A stretch of 64,000 bases of DNA from contig CAXXSC010000008.1 of NCBI GenBank assembly GCA_963668435.2, forward strand, positions 1,427,476-1,491,475, given 5' to 3'. This document shows, one piece after another, positions 25,816-35,016 of this stretch (positions are counted from its first letter, which is position 1; every line of letters starts with the position of its first letter). The translations under genes and the position numbers were made by a program. The stretch is from Candidatus Latescibacterota bacterium. GTDB lineage: Bacteria > Latescibacterota > Latescibacteria > Latescibacterales > Latescibacteraceae. Under the pieces are notes generated by a model. It did no database searches and was not told where the DNA came from. It saw only the letters and a list, made by a program, of their open reading frames with translations.

Positions 25816-28047
25816 TCAGAAACTCTGGACAAAATTAACAGTCCAGTTCGAACTGTGCGTAACCGGCCCCACGGGAACAGCCCAGTTGACCCTGACACCG
25901 TCCATCTCGAGATCCACAAACGGGATATCGTCACCATCAAACGGAATAAAACCGTAGTTAAACAGAATGCCGACACCGACATCCCGCCTGATATTGTCGA
26001 ATTTCACCTCCTGCCCCTTGAACCACACATCGCCTGCATCGCCAAACAGCACGAAACCGATATCATCACCGTTATCAGCAAGATAATACTCGACATTCAT
26101 CAGCGCCATCCTGTTGCCGCCGTACTGGAATCCAAACGGCATTCCGTCCGGCACCGACTGATAATCATAGCCCCGAAGTGTATTCAGGCCGCCGAGGTTG
26201 AATGCACGGAATCCGGGAAGGACATCCTCGGAATAACCACCGGCAAGCCGGACTTTCAGGAAATTGTCGCGCGACAGGCGCCAGGTTGTAGAAGCATTAC
26301 CGAGCAGACGGGTGTATTCACCGACAGTATTGTGCCCCTTGTCAAGGGTGTGTTCCAGCTCGAGCCTGAGCCCGCCGCTTGTCAGACGGTCATGACGCCA
26401 GAGAGAAAGCCGTGCGCGGACACCGACAAGACGGCCCAGTTCCGCCTCGGAAAGCGGAAGGTTGTCATCCTTGACATGACGGTGGTTGAACACTGACCAG
26501 TTCGTATGTTTTTTCACCGTGCTGAACTTGTCCTCAAAATACTCGCCCTCGAGTCTTAACCATTTGAGCGGTGAAAACTTGACAAATCCCTTTGCGCCCT
26601 CGACCTGGTAAAAATGCTTTGTTTCAAGGCCGAAAAGAAGGGCGTTAAGGCTGGATTCGTCGCGCGGAATGGCCCAATCCACCACTGATTCGTAATCGAG
26701 ACGGTAGCCTCCTCCAAGTGTCAGGATGTCGTTGAACAGGCGTTTTTCCGCCAGTGCGCGATATGTCCACTCGCTGTTGGCGAAATGGTATTCACCCGAG
26801 GCCTTTATCTCTGAAATAGGTCCGAGAAGGCTTGTGACCGTAACCTCCGGACCGATACCGACACCGCCGATCCTGCTGAACGAGGCGCTGAGATCATAAT
26901 CACGGTCGTGTGCCTTGACCTCGTAGACATGGATTTTCAACTTGCCGTCAAGACTGATACTGAAATTCGTGAATTTCACAAATCGATGTTTCTTCAGGAT
27001 ATCGACATGCCCCCGGATCTGTTCACGGGTATAGCGCTGCCCCGTTGTCATATTGAGCATCGCTCTGACCTCATCTTCCTCGAGAAGATACAGGCCGCTG
27101 AAACTGATCGAGGTGACAACCCCCTCCTCGAACCTGGGTTTCGGTTCAGTTTTCTTTTCCGTAACCCTTTCAGCTCGATCTGGTTTTTCACGTGAGCCCT
27201 CATAGCGTGAATTCCGGACAGTGATATCGCCGAACTCAGAATTCAGACTGATTTTCGGGCCACCGCCGTTGAGTATGCGGATACCTTCATTACCGCTTTC
27301 AGCACCATCGAGATCACCACTTGTCCGGAAATGCACCGAGCCAAATGACTTGCTGGTTATAAACTCCGCACCGATTTCACGGGGAATCGCGATATCCACA
27401 TTGCCGAAAGAGGCGTTGGCACGGGAGTCACCCCTTAAATCAACGAGATCGACCCTGACAGTCCCGAATTCGCTGTCGATACTGAAAGAACCGTCGAGAC
27501 CGTCACAGCGGACAGAACCGAACTCGGAATTCACATTGACACGCCCCACGTGGTCCCGCGCCTCCGCATCACCGAACTCGTTGTCAATATAAAGCTTGCC
27601 ATTGGTGCCAACAGTTTTCAATTTCGAAAAATCAGCACTGATATTCATATCGACATCGGAAGGCCCCCTGACATCGAGAGTTACCCGCCAGTCTTTCCTG
27701 TTGAACAGGCGTTTGAATATGCCTGCCGAATTATCTTTCGGGCGCTCGAGACGTATTTTAACCTTTCCGTCGCTTTCGGTTATTTCAAGCCGGATGTATT
27801 CCATCATTTCGTCGAACTCTTCCTGGTCGACATCATTGATCCGGCACTTGAAATGGACAGAAAATTCCTGGGCATCAGGGTCGCCGCGATAATTAAAATC
27901 GGTGTAACCGAGATTGTCGAACGCTATCTCGCGAACACCCGAAGCGGAAATAATATGCGATTCAGTCTCACTGTATTCAGCAAGAGCAATCTGAGCCCCA
28001 AAGACTGCAATACAAGCAGTCAGCAATAATTTAATAGCATTTTTCAT
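25816..28047 (-). CDS. outer-membrane protein: DUF4097-like beta-helix repeats, a POTRA domain and an Omp85/BamA-type barrel
   Basis: Signal peptide MKNAIKLLLTACIAVFGAQIALAE. Repeated (N/D)SEFG(S/T/D)V(R) units. POTRA-like segment VVTSISFSGLYLLEEDEVRAMLNMTTGQRYT. Barrel motifs GGLNTLRGYDY and a terminal Phe (VNFVQSF). Confidence 0.8.
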   Translation of the reverse strand: MKNAIKLLLTACIAVFGAQIALAEYSETESHIISASGVREIAFDNLGYTDFNYRGDPDAQEFSVHFKCRINDVDQEEFDEMMEYIRLEITESDGKVKIRLERPKDNSAGIFKRLFNRKDWRVTLDVRGPSDVDMNISADFSKLKTVGTNGKLYIDNEFGDAEARDHVGRVNVNSEFGSVRCDGLDGSFSIDSEFGTVRVDLVDLRGDSRANASFGNVDIAIPREIGAEFITSKSFGSVHFRTSGDLDGAESGNEGIRILNGGGPKISLNSEFGDITVRNSRYEGSREKPDRAERVTEKKTEPKPRFEEGVVTSISFSGLYLLEEDEVRAMLNMTTGQRYTREQIRGHVDILKKHRFVKFTNFSISLDGKLKIHVYEVKAHDRDYDLSASFSRIGGVGIGPEVTVTSLLGPISEIKASGEYHFANSEWTYRALAEKRLFNDILTLGGGYRLDYESVVDWAIPRDESSLNALLFGLETKHFYQVEGAKGFVKFSPLKWLRLEGEYFEDKFSTVKKHTNWSVFNHRHVKDDNLPLSEAELGRLVGVRARLSLWRHDRLTSGGLRLELEHTLDKGHNTVGEYTRLLGNASTTWRLSRDNFLKVRLAGGYSEDVLPGFRAFNLGGLNTLRGYDYQSVPDGMPFGFQYGGNRMALMNVEYYLADNGDDIGFVLFGDAGDVWFKGQEVKFDNIRRDVGVGILFNYGFIPFDGDDIPFVDLEMDGVRVNWAVPVGPVTHSSNWTVNFVQSF

Positions 28048-28089
28048 TCGCCTGCCTCCCTCCATACATTATCCTCATTGATTGCGTTT

Positions 28090-29022
28090 TTATGCGTTCC
28101 TTCCACCGGTATGGGTCATCAGCATGACACCGAACGATGCGGCGGTAAATGCGATTGCGACGATAGCACCCAGCACGGGAATGTTTTTCACGATGCCGAT
28201 CGCAAGGACACCTAGAAGGACATTCACCATCATGGTCCGCCCTTCGGCCTCCGGAACAATTCTTCCGACCCACAAGGCGACTCCGACAGAACCGACAAGA
28301 TAGATCAGGTACATGGCCACGATAAACAGCGGCACCAGCGGAATCCCGATAATCGTGACCAGCAAAAGAATTCCAGTCACCGGCGTAAGTATCAGTACGA
28401 CAACGCCGAGAAGCATCGCTTTCGGAAAATCGTCACGGAGATACAGCGCCATGGACGACACCTTGTTCGGGAACAGGTAAGTGATCACTGCGGCGACAGC
28501 GAAGGAAAACAGGAGTTTCAGCAGCAATATGGCAAAACCGAACATGAATCCCATAGCACCGAAAATCCCGGTGAACGGCCCGAAAATGAGCCCTTTGAAT
28601 ATTCCGGGAACAATATCGCCGACATGCCCTATTGGGTGACGGCGAAACGGCTTCCTGCCGGGCCTTCGCATGAAATCACCCTTGACATTGGCGCCGGGAT
28701 CGACTTTAACCTCTCCTCCAATCGACTTGAGGTCGCCTTTGACAGTCGCCCCCGACCGTATGATAACATCGCCGCCGATGGACACGACATTTTTGCCGAC
28801 CTCGCCGCCGGCCTCGACGATAACATCGCCGCCGACTGATACGGCATCCTTCTCGACAACACCGTACACATACACATCACCGGTTACAGACACAGCCTCA
28901 TCGACTGTCTCGTGCACACCAACTGTAAGCGAATTGCCAAAACTGTGTTTCGCCTCGGAAACATCCGGCATCAGCATACAAAGCGAGGCCAGAATAAGGG
29001 AAAACAGGCTCATTCCTCTCAT
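28090..29022 (-). CDS. membrane protein with an exported bactofilin-like (polymer-forming beta-helix) repeat region
   Basis: Start placed at the ATG after AAGGAGG. Signal peptide MRGMSLFSLILASLCMLMPDVSEA. Repeats read GDVYVYGVVEKDAVSVGGDVIVEAGGEVGKNVVSIGGDVIIRSGATVKGDLKSIGGEVKV. Several C-terminal TM segments follow. Confidence 0.65.
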   Translation of the reverse strand: MRGMSLFSLILASLCMLMPDVSEAKHSFGNSLTVGVHETVDEAVSVTGDVYVYGVVEKDAVSVGGDVIVEAGGEVGKNVVSIGGDVIIRSGATVKGDLKSIGGEVKVDPGANVKGDFMRRPGRKPFRRHPIGHVGDIVPGIFKGLIFGPFTGIFGAMGFMFGFAILLLKLLFSFAVAAVITYLFPNKVSSMALYLRDDFPKAMLLGVVVLILTPVTGILLLVTIIGIPLVPLFIVAMYLIYLVGSVGVALWVGRIVPEAEGRTMMVNVLLGVLAIGIVKNIPVLGAIVAIAFTAASFGVMLMTHTGGRNA

Positions 29023-29051
29023 GACATCCTCCTTCACGAGCATGTATTGTA

Positions 29052-31913
29052 TTAAAAAAGTCTCGCCAGATTGAAACTTACCGCATAATCACTGCTGTTG
29101 AAACATTTGGTGAAATCTATCCGCCCGATTCCTAACACACCGTTGAGCGCGAAACCGCCTTCGCTGACCGGGTAATCGAAATAACGCGGTTTCCAGGCAA
29201 GCTCCCGAAGACGTTTTGCCGAAATCCAGGATTTTCCTGCGGCACAATGGGCAATAATACCGACATTCTTCTTCGCGAGCCAGCGAAGGCCGATCATCTC
29301 GAACGGTACAGTACGGAAATTATGCTCCATAAACAGCGCCGCGTGATGCTCGCCTACCAGCGGCCTGTCACCAATGGACTTGAAAACACCGTAGGGTGCC
29401 CAGGCCATGAACCGTGTATCGATTGTCCCGAAACGCTGAACCGGCATATCACCCGCCGAGGCCGAGGCATCCAGACGGATATCGAGTGTCATGGGGAAAA
29501 GCCGCCGCACAAGCAGGGTTTCAAAATTCCAGTCGACTCCGAGCCTGACACTGGTAAAGGGGCTCATGTCGTCTTGCGCGTCAAGCCAGCCCTGTTCGAG
29601 GGTTACGGCAATCCCTTTTACACCGGCAACACCCAGCGGATTATGTTTCTCGCCTTTCGTAAACGTCAGCTCCCCGGAATAGAGATAGCCGTCATTGACA
29701 GAAGGATTCATCCTCGACATGCCGCCGGTGCCCGCCAACGTATCATATTTATGTGCCGTAAGCGAACTGTGGCGTTCAGCGTTGAATGCAAGTTCATACA
29801 ATGTCGTCTCTTTCGGCCTGAAACGGAAACCCGCTTTAACTTTCCTGTTCCGGAAATAATCGAAATAATCCTCGTTACCGGTCAGCGTGGCGATAGAACT
29901 GACCAGTGTTGGATAATTGTTGGAAAAACCTTTCGGATCACTGAAATCCTGTCCGCTCAGATACAGCGAATATCGCCTGTTTTTCTTAAAAAAGCGTTCA
30001 GTGTGAAGTGACCAGTTCATCCGCTTGAGAAAACTCGAATAACCGGCGGTACTGAAAATCCGATACTTGTCCTGGAAGGTCCGGCGGTATGCTATTCCCC
30101 CAACATATCCGTCCACACGGTTATGCCTCCCATACGGCATGACACCTTTCATTGCCTGTGAAACAGCTGTGCGGAATTTTGAGGGAGGCTTTTTGTCCTT
30201 CTTTTTCCGTTTCTTCTTTTTAGCGTCCTCATCATCGTCATCAAGCAGTTTCGCGAGAACACCTTTCGGTTTCAGCGCCTTGTCCACCGTATCGCTGCTG
30301 TCAATATCCGCGTAAGCAGTCTCCTCTTCAATAGTATAGGGAATAGCTCGCCGCTGTGCCGCAAAAAGGCTGTCCTCATGGGCCCGTTTCGCGGCAATCC
30401 GAAGTGAATCGGCCGAACTGAGCACCTTTTGCGCGGGCTCCCCCCCATCCTCGCTATCAGGACCGGGCTCATCATCGGCATTATCAACGATATCGCTTTC
30501 ACTGTTTTCTGCGACGGACATAGCATCATACTCCGGTTCGGCATCGTTTTCAGCTACTGTCTCAGCGTTTTCGACGGCGATGTTTTCAGAACTGTTTTCA
30601 ACCGGAGTTTTCTCGTTTGTACCCGCAGCGCTTTCAGCCACCTCACTGCCATCCTCCGTTGGGCCGTTGTTTCCTCCGGCATCCACCGAGCTTGCGGCAA
30701 CCGTGTTCTCTGCATCTGTTGAAGCTTCACCGCTGCCTTTTTCCACTTGTGAGCTTTTCACGGTCACCGACTCGTTCGAGACAGTCACCTCAACGACATC
30801 TTTCTTGTTGAACAGGCTGTCCGGAAGCGCCACGTTCAACTCATAATTGGAAAGACGGCTGACCTGGCTGTAGGTCATCTTGGGAAACTCGAGAAGGAAT
30901 GACAATTTCAATTTGATATCGCCCTCGACACGAACATCGACAGGCAGCCACATGTCCTCACCGAAACTGCTGAACTGTTGCTTCACGGCAAACTGGAACT
31001 CTGTAAGCGGCGGCGGGAACATCACCGCCTCGTTGGGCACGAGATCGAACTCGAGCACGACATACTCCTCGTCGAGAACCATGACTGTCCCGCGGAAAGA
31101 GGGCTGCAGCTTGCTTTTCGGCTCCACGGAAATGATAAAGACCTGACGGTCGTCCATCAGTTTCTGATCGACCAGCTCGAAACGGTAAAATGAAAACGCC
31201 TCAGAACTGGTGACGCCGGGCATCTCGAAACCGAAAAGCTCGATATCGTCATCATAGAGGTTGGGAAGCCACCGGGCATTGACATTCGCCTGCTTGTCTT
31301 TCAGGTTTTTCGTATGGCGCGTGGACAGAATAGTTTCTTTCGTTCCCTTTTCATGGTCCCAGTACAGGTTGGAAATGCTTTCGGCAATCATGGCGATTTT
31401 CTTGTTACCGGAAAGGCTCACCCGCGTATAGGCATCGGCCTTGAACGTTTCGAGCCCCTGCCGCCACTCTTTTTTCTTTTCTATAACCCGCCGCATAATA
31501 CGTTCCGCGGTATTCCCCGGCGTAACGATAACGGTTTCGATAAGCACGGGATTGGGCTTGAGCAAAATATCGACGACTGCCGGAGAATCCTCAGTTATTT
31601 CCACCCGTTGAGTGTGATAGCCGATATAGGATACCGCAATCGTTACAGGCACCGAGGGCAGTTCGAGGTTGTACGCGCCCTCACTATTCGTAATTGTTCC
31701 GGCCCGGAACCCCTCGATGCGGATATGAGCTACCGGCAACGCCTCTTTCGATCCGGCATCCATGACTGTTCCGCTGACTATTTTCTGCGCGTGAAGGGTC
31801 GACGGCACAAACATGACATAGAACAGCACGAAGAGCATGAGCATAGCCCGGTGCATAGTGTCCTGCGGCATTGCATCCGTGTAAAAACAAGATTTTACAG
31901 TTTGATAATGCAT
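29052..31913 (-). CDS. carboxypeptidase-regulatory-like domain plus DUF5686-like outer-membrane protein
   Basis: VSGTVMDAGSKEALPVAHIRIEGFRAGTITNSEGAYNLELP (CarboxypepD_reg). The long C-terminal region has beta-barrel character and ends in NLARLF. The start is uncertain (internal Mets at residues 15 and 20). Confidence 0.75.
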   Translation of the reverse strand: MHYQTVKSCFYTDAMPQDTMHRAMLMLFVLFYVMFVPSTLHAQKIVSGTVMDAGSKEALPVAHIRIEGFRAGTITNSEGAYNLELPSVPVTIAVSYIGYHTQRVEITEDSPAVVDILLKPNPVLIETVIVTPGNTAERIMRRVIEKKKEWRQGLETFKADAYTRVSLSGNKKIAMIAESISNLYWDHEKGTKETILSTRHTKNLKDKQANVNARWLPNLYDDDIELFGFEMPGVTSSEAFSFYRFELVDQKLMDDRQVFIISVEPKSKLQPSFRGTVMVLDEEYVVLEFDLVPNEAVMFPPPLTEFQFAVKQQFSSFGEDMWLPVDVRVEGDIKLKLSFLLEFPKMTYSQVSRLSNYELNVALPDSLFNKKDVVEVTVSNESVTVKSSQVEKGSGEASTDAENTVAASSVDAGGNNGPTEDGSEVAESAAGTNEKTPVENSSENIAVENAETVAENDAEPEYDAMSVAENSESDIVDNADDEPGPDSEDGGEPAQKVLSSADSLRIAAKRAHEDSLFAAQRRAIPYTIEEETAYADIDSSDTVDKALKPKGVLAKLLDDDDEDAKKKKRKKKDKKPPSKFRTAVSQAMKGVMPYGRHNRVDGYVGGIAYRRTFQDKYRIFSTAGYSSFLKRMNWSLHTERFFKKNRRYSLYLSGQDFSDPKGFSNNYPTLVSSIATLTGNEDYFDYFRNRKVKAGFRFRPKETTLYELAFNAERHSSLTAHKYDTLAGTGGMSRMNPSVNDGYLYSGELTFTKGEKHNPLGVAGVKGIAVTLEQGWLDAQDDMSPFTSVRLGVDWNFETLLVRRLFPMTLDIRLDASASAGDMPVQRFGTIDTRFMAWAPYGVFKSIGDRPLVGEHHAALFMEHNFRTVPFEMIGLRWLAKKNVGIIAHCAAGKSWISAKRLRELAWKPRYFDYPVSEGGFALNGVLGIGRIDFTKCFNSSDYAVSFNLARLF

Positions 31914-32042
31914 TGAAAAACCAATCCCCCGTTTTCTGTCTGTAGTTGTGACGAAGGAAGCTGCCGTATTATTTCATTTTTTTTGATATATAATGGAAAA
32001 AAGGGAATATGCGGAGGAAAAAAAGTGAGAAGTAAATTTTTA

Positions 32043-32558
32043 TTATTTACCGCTGCTCTCATTACCCTTAAGTTCCGGCGGGGTAATGTCATCGACATCG
32101 AAATCTGCAAGCTGGGCATCGACATAGGCATCGACAATTCCGAGCAGTTTCGCACCGAGGTAATATATGAGGAACGTGTTGCGGTCGGTACGGATCACGC
32201 TTTCTTCCCAGTCGGTGAGACCTTCCTCGCCCAGACGGTGGCTCTGGTAGAGGAAACCGGCGATACAGGTGGCTTCGGCGGCGAAAAATAGTGCCGCTTT
32301 CCATTTCCTGCCGTTATCGAGCTGGCCCCAGCCGGGGATAATAAGCGAGTGATACATGGCTTTCGAAGGGCTGACAGTCAATGACGGCGCCACCCGCAGA
32401 CTGTCGCCGATGACCGTGACATGATCGTGATCGTGCCCGCTGTCATTTGTGTCAGGCGCGTCTGAAAACATCGGAACAGTGGCAGAAAACGGCACCGGTT
32501 TCTGCCCATAACTCAGGGAAGGCACCGATGCCGTCATCAGGATAACTGCGAGTGTCAA
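32043..32558 (-). CDS. DUF5683-like membrane protein
   Basis: SLIIPGWGQLDNGRKWKAALFFAAEATCIAGFLY. The track's start is a TTG. A CTG 21 nt upstream, preceded by AGGAGG, would give a better signal peptide, so the start is uncertain. Confidence 0.7.
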   Translation of the reverse strand: MTLAVILMTASVPSLSYGQKPVPFSATVPMFSDAPDTNDSGHDHDHVTVIGDSLRVAPSLTVSPSKAMYHSLIIPGWGQLDNGRKWKAALFFAAEATCIAGFLYQSHRLGEEGLTDWEESVIRTDRNTFLIYYLGAKLLGIVDAYVDAQLADFDVDDITPPELKGNESSGK

Positions 32559-32569
32559 GGCCGCGGCTT

Positions 32570-33553
32570 TCAGGACCCGGCCTCCTGCTCGATTACGAGC
32601 CGTGCGGCGCCGAGAATGGCGGCATCATCAGGGATCTGGGCCGGAACGATTTTCACCTGCTCGACATAGGACTGGAATCCACGCTCGTAGAGGGCTTTCC
32701 GCGCGGGTCCGAAAATGAGATCTCCGGCGCGTGCCATCTTGCCACCGATAGCGCAGACCTCGAAATTGAGGATATTGAGCGCGTTGACAAGGGCACAGCC
32801 GAGAAGATAACCGGCCTTGCGGAACATGTCCTGTGCGAAATCGTCACCGTCCATAGCGGCATCGAAAATATCTTTCGAGGTGAGTTCGCCGGGATTCATG
32901 CGATATTTTTCGAGCGAGGACGTGATATGCTCGTTGGCCAGAGCCTCGTTGGTCATGCGGACAATGCCGTTTGCTGAGGCATAGCTCTCTATACAGCCGC
33001 GCTGGCCGCACCAGCACTGCACACCGTTGTAATCAATCGAGGTGTGGCCGAATTCGCAGGCATTGTCATTGAACCCGGTCAGAAGCTTTCCCTGACTTAC
33101 CGCGCCGCCGCCGATACCGGTGCCGAGTGTAAGCACGAAAAAGTCACTTAGGCCCTTACCGGCGCCCATCCACCATTCGCCAAAAGCGAACACCGTGGCA
33201 TCATTCTGTATGCAGGTGAAGGGACCGAGACGCTCCTGAACCGAAGAGGCAAGCGGGAAATCGTACCAGTGGGGAAGGTTTCCGGCACGCATGACAACAC
33301 CTCGTTTCGCATCGAGCGGACCGGGCGAACCGATACCGATGCCGCTGATATCGCCCATGGTCATGCCGCCATTTTTCACCGCCTGAACGATGGTGTCGCA
33401 GATCTGGTTCAGAGGAGCCTCCGCCGATTCGCGGGCAAGCGTCGGGCGCTCGTCGCGGGCAAGAATGGTTCCTTCGCTGTCGATAAGTCCGGCACCGACA
33501 TTCGTGCCGCCGAGATCGACGCCGACATACAGTTTTTTCGCCATTGTGTTCAC
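32570..33553 (-). CDS. ROK-family glucokinase
   Basis: VGVDLGGTNVGAGL, and the ROK zinc motif CWCGQRGCIESYAS. Confidence 0.85.
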   Translation of the reverse strand: MNTMAKKLYVGVDLGGTNVGAGLIDSEGTILARDERPTLARESAEAPLNQICDTIVQAVKNGGMTMGDISGIGIGSPGPLDAKRGVVMRAGNLPHWYDFPLASSVQERLGPFTCIQNDATVFAFGEWWMGAGKGLSDFFVLTLGTGIGGGAVSQGKLLTGFNDNACEFGHTSIDYNGVQCWCGQRGCIESYASANGIVRMTNEALANEHITSSLEKYRMNPGELTSKDIFDAAMDGDDFAQDMFRKAGYLLGCALVNALNILNFEVCAIGGKMARAGDLIFGPARKALYERGFQSYVEQVKIVPAQIPDDAAILGAARLVIEQEAGS

Positions 33554-33728
33554 CTTGTTTCGCGTAATGTAATGCCATGCTCAGCCGGAGTGTTCATGAA
33601 GCGAATCCGGCTGGTCGGCTATCAATTATTATATTTAATTATCATCTATCATCAGGAATACAGCACCGATTCATGACGCCATTAATGAAAAATTAGCAAT
33701 TTTCAAATAACGGCGCAATGAAAACCTG

Positions 33729-34436
33729 TCAATCGCGGGCTCCGCGAAGTATCAGAAGCCTGAGAAGTGTCAGAATCGCAGTTGCGGCTGCGGCGACATA
33801 AGTCCATGCGGCGGCATCCAGCACTTTTTTCGCCTGGGGCACTTCATCCGAGGTCAGAAACCCGCCTCTCGCAAGCACTACAATTGCCCGTTTCGAGGCA
33901 TCAAACTCAACCGGCAGGGTCACCAGCGTGAAAACCACCGCCACGCTGAACAGCATGATTCCGGCATCCATGAGCCAGCGAAAGCTGCCACCAACAAAAA
34001 AAGGTAAGAACATACCTGCCATGAAAATCCAGATACCGAGCTGTGTTCCTGTTGCCGCAGCCGGAGCGATAGCGGTTCGCATCACCAGTGCCGGATACTT
34101 AACTGCATGCTGAACCGCGTGCCCGGCCTCATGAGCGGCAATCCCAAGCGCTGCAATGCTCTGGGAGCCATAGACACCCTCTGAAAGCCGGAGAACTCCG
34201 GCCCGCGGATCGTAATGATCGGTCAGCTGGCCGCGAACCGGCTCAATACCGACATTTTGAAGTCCGTTGCTGTCGAGGATACGGCGGGCAACCTCAGCGC
34301 CGGTCAGCCCCGAACGGGAACGCACACGGCTGTATTTTCCGAACGCGTTCTTCACTTTCGCCTGGGCCAAGAGCGTAAAAATAAGGCCCGGTATCATTAA
34401 AAGAATTGTGTAATAACCCGAAATATAGCCTAACAT
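33729..34436 (-). CDS. membrane zinc metallopeptidase (YugP-like)
   Basis: N-terminal TM segment, DHYDPRAGVLRLSEGVY, HEAGHAVQH (HExxH), and C-terminal TM segments. Confidence 0.85.
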   Translation of the reverse strand: MLGYISGYYTILLMIPGLIFTLLAQAKVKNAFGKYSRVRSRSGLTGAEVARRILDSNGLQNVGIEPVRGQLTDHYDPRAGVLRLSEGVYGSQSIAALGIAAHEAGHAVQHAVKYPALVMRTAIAPAAATGTQLGIWIFMAGMFLPFFVGGSFRWLMDAGIMLFSVAVVFTLVTLPVEFDASKRAIVVLARGGFLTSDEVPQAKKVLDAAAWTYVAAAATAILTLLRLLILRGARD

Positions 34437-34490
34437 ATCGTACCTCCGTTACCAGAAAGCGTGTGGAGATTTTTACTCATATTGAACAGC

Positions 34491-34946
34491 TCATTCATCA
34501 CGTTTCAGCATGATGAACTCGCCGATGCCTTTTTTCTTGTAATCAGGCACCTCGCCGACCTTCTCGAAACCATACGAGTAATAGAGTTTCTGCGCGGCCT
34601 CGTTGAAATCGGACACCATGAGAAAGAGTTTCGGCTTGAGCCTGAACATCCTTTCCGTGGCGAAATCGAGGAACATCGTTGCCACGCCGCTTCGCCTGAA
34701 ATCACGCCGCACACCAAGTGCCCTTATGAACGGGAATTCCCCCATCATGCCTTTTTCGATGAGCACGAGATAGGCAACGCACTCACCGTTACGTTCCTCG
34801 ATCCAGATATCACTGCCATTCTCGAACTCGGCGGTGAAAAACGCGAGGGCATCATCAAGCGAGCGTTCATAACATTCCCACAAGAGGCTGTCCGCGATGA
34901 TCGCGGCACAGGATTCGAGATCGCCGTGAACTGCAGGCCGCATCAT
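34491..34946 (-). CDS. GNAT-family N-acetyltransferase
   Basis: Acetyl-CoA motif LGVRRDFRRSGVATMFL, then AQKLYYSYGFEKVG. Confidence 0.75.
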   Translation of the reverse strand: MMRPAVHGDLESCAAIIADSLLWECYERSLDDALAFFTAEFENGSDIWIEERNGECVAYLVLIEKGMMGEFPFIRALGVRRDFRRSGVATMFLDFATERMFRLKPKLFLMVSDFNEAAQKLYYSYGFEKVGEVPDYKKKGIGEFIMLKRDE

Positions 34947-35016
34947 TATCTTTGACGCTCCAATCCCTGAAAATGTTCAAGCAAAATTCGGAATAGCCGA
35001 TGTTTTCAGCTTTTTG

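Noticed and set aside
25810-26496. 228-aa plus-strand ORF
   Set aside because: It is antisense to the barrel part of the Omp85-family gene.
29247-30011. 254-aa plus-strand ORF (and the 200-aa ORF at 31314..31916)
   Set aside because: Both are antisense to the DUF5686-like gene, and no motifs were recognised.
30067-30315. Plus-strand ORF containing a poly-Ser run
   Set aside because: It is the reverse-complement image of the D/E/K-rich low-complexity insert of the minus-strand gene, not an independent gene.
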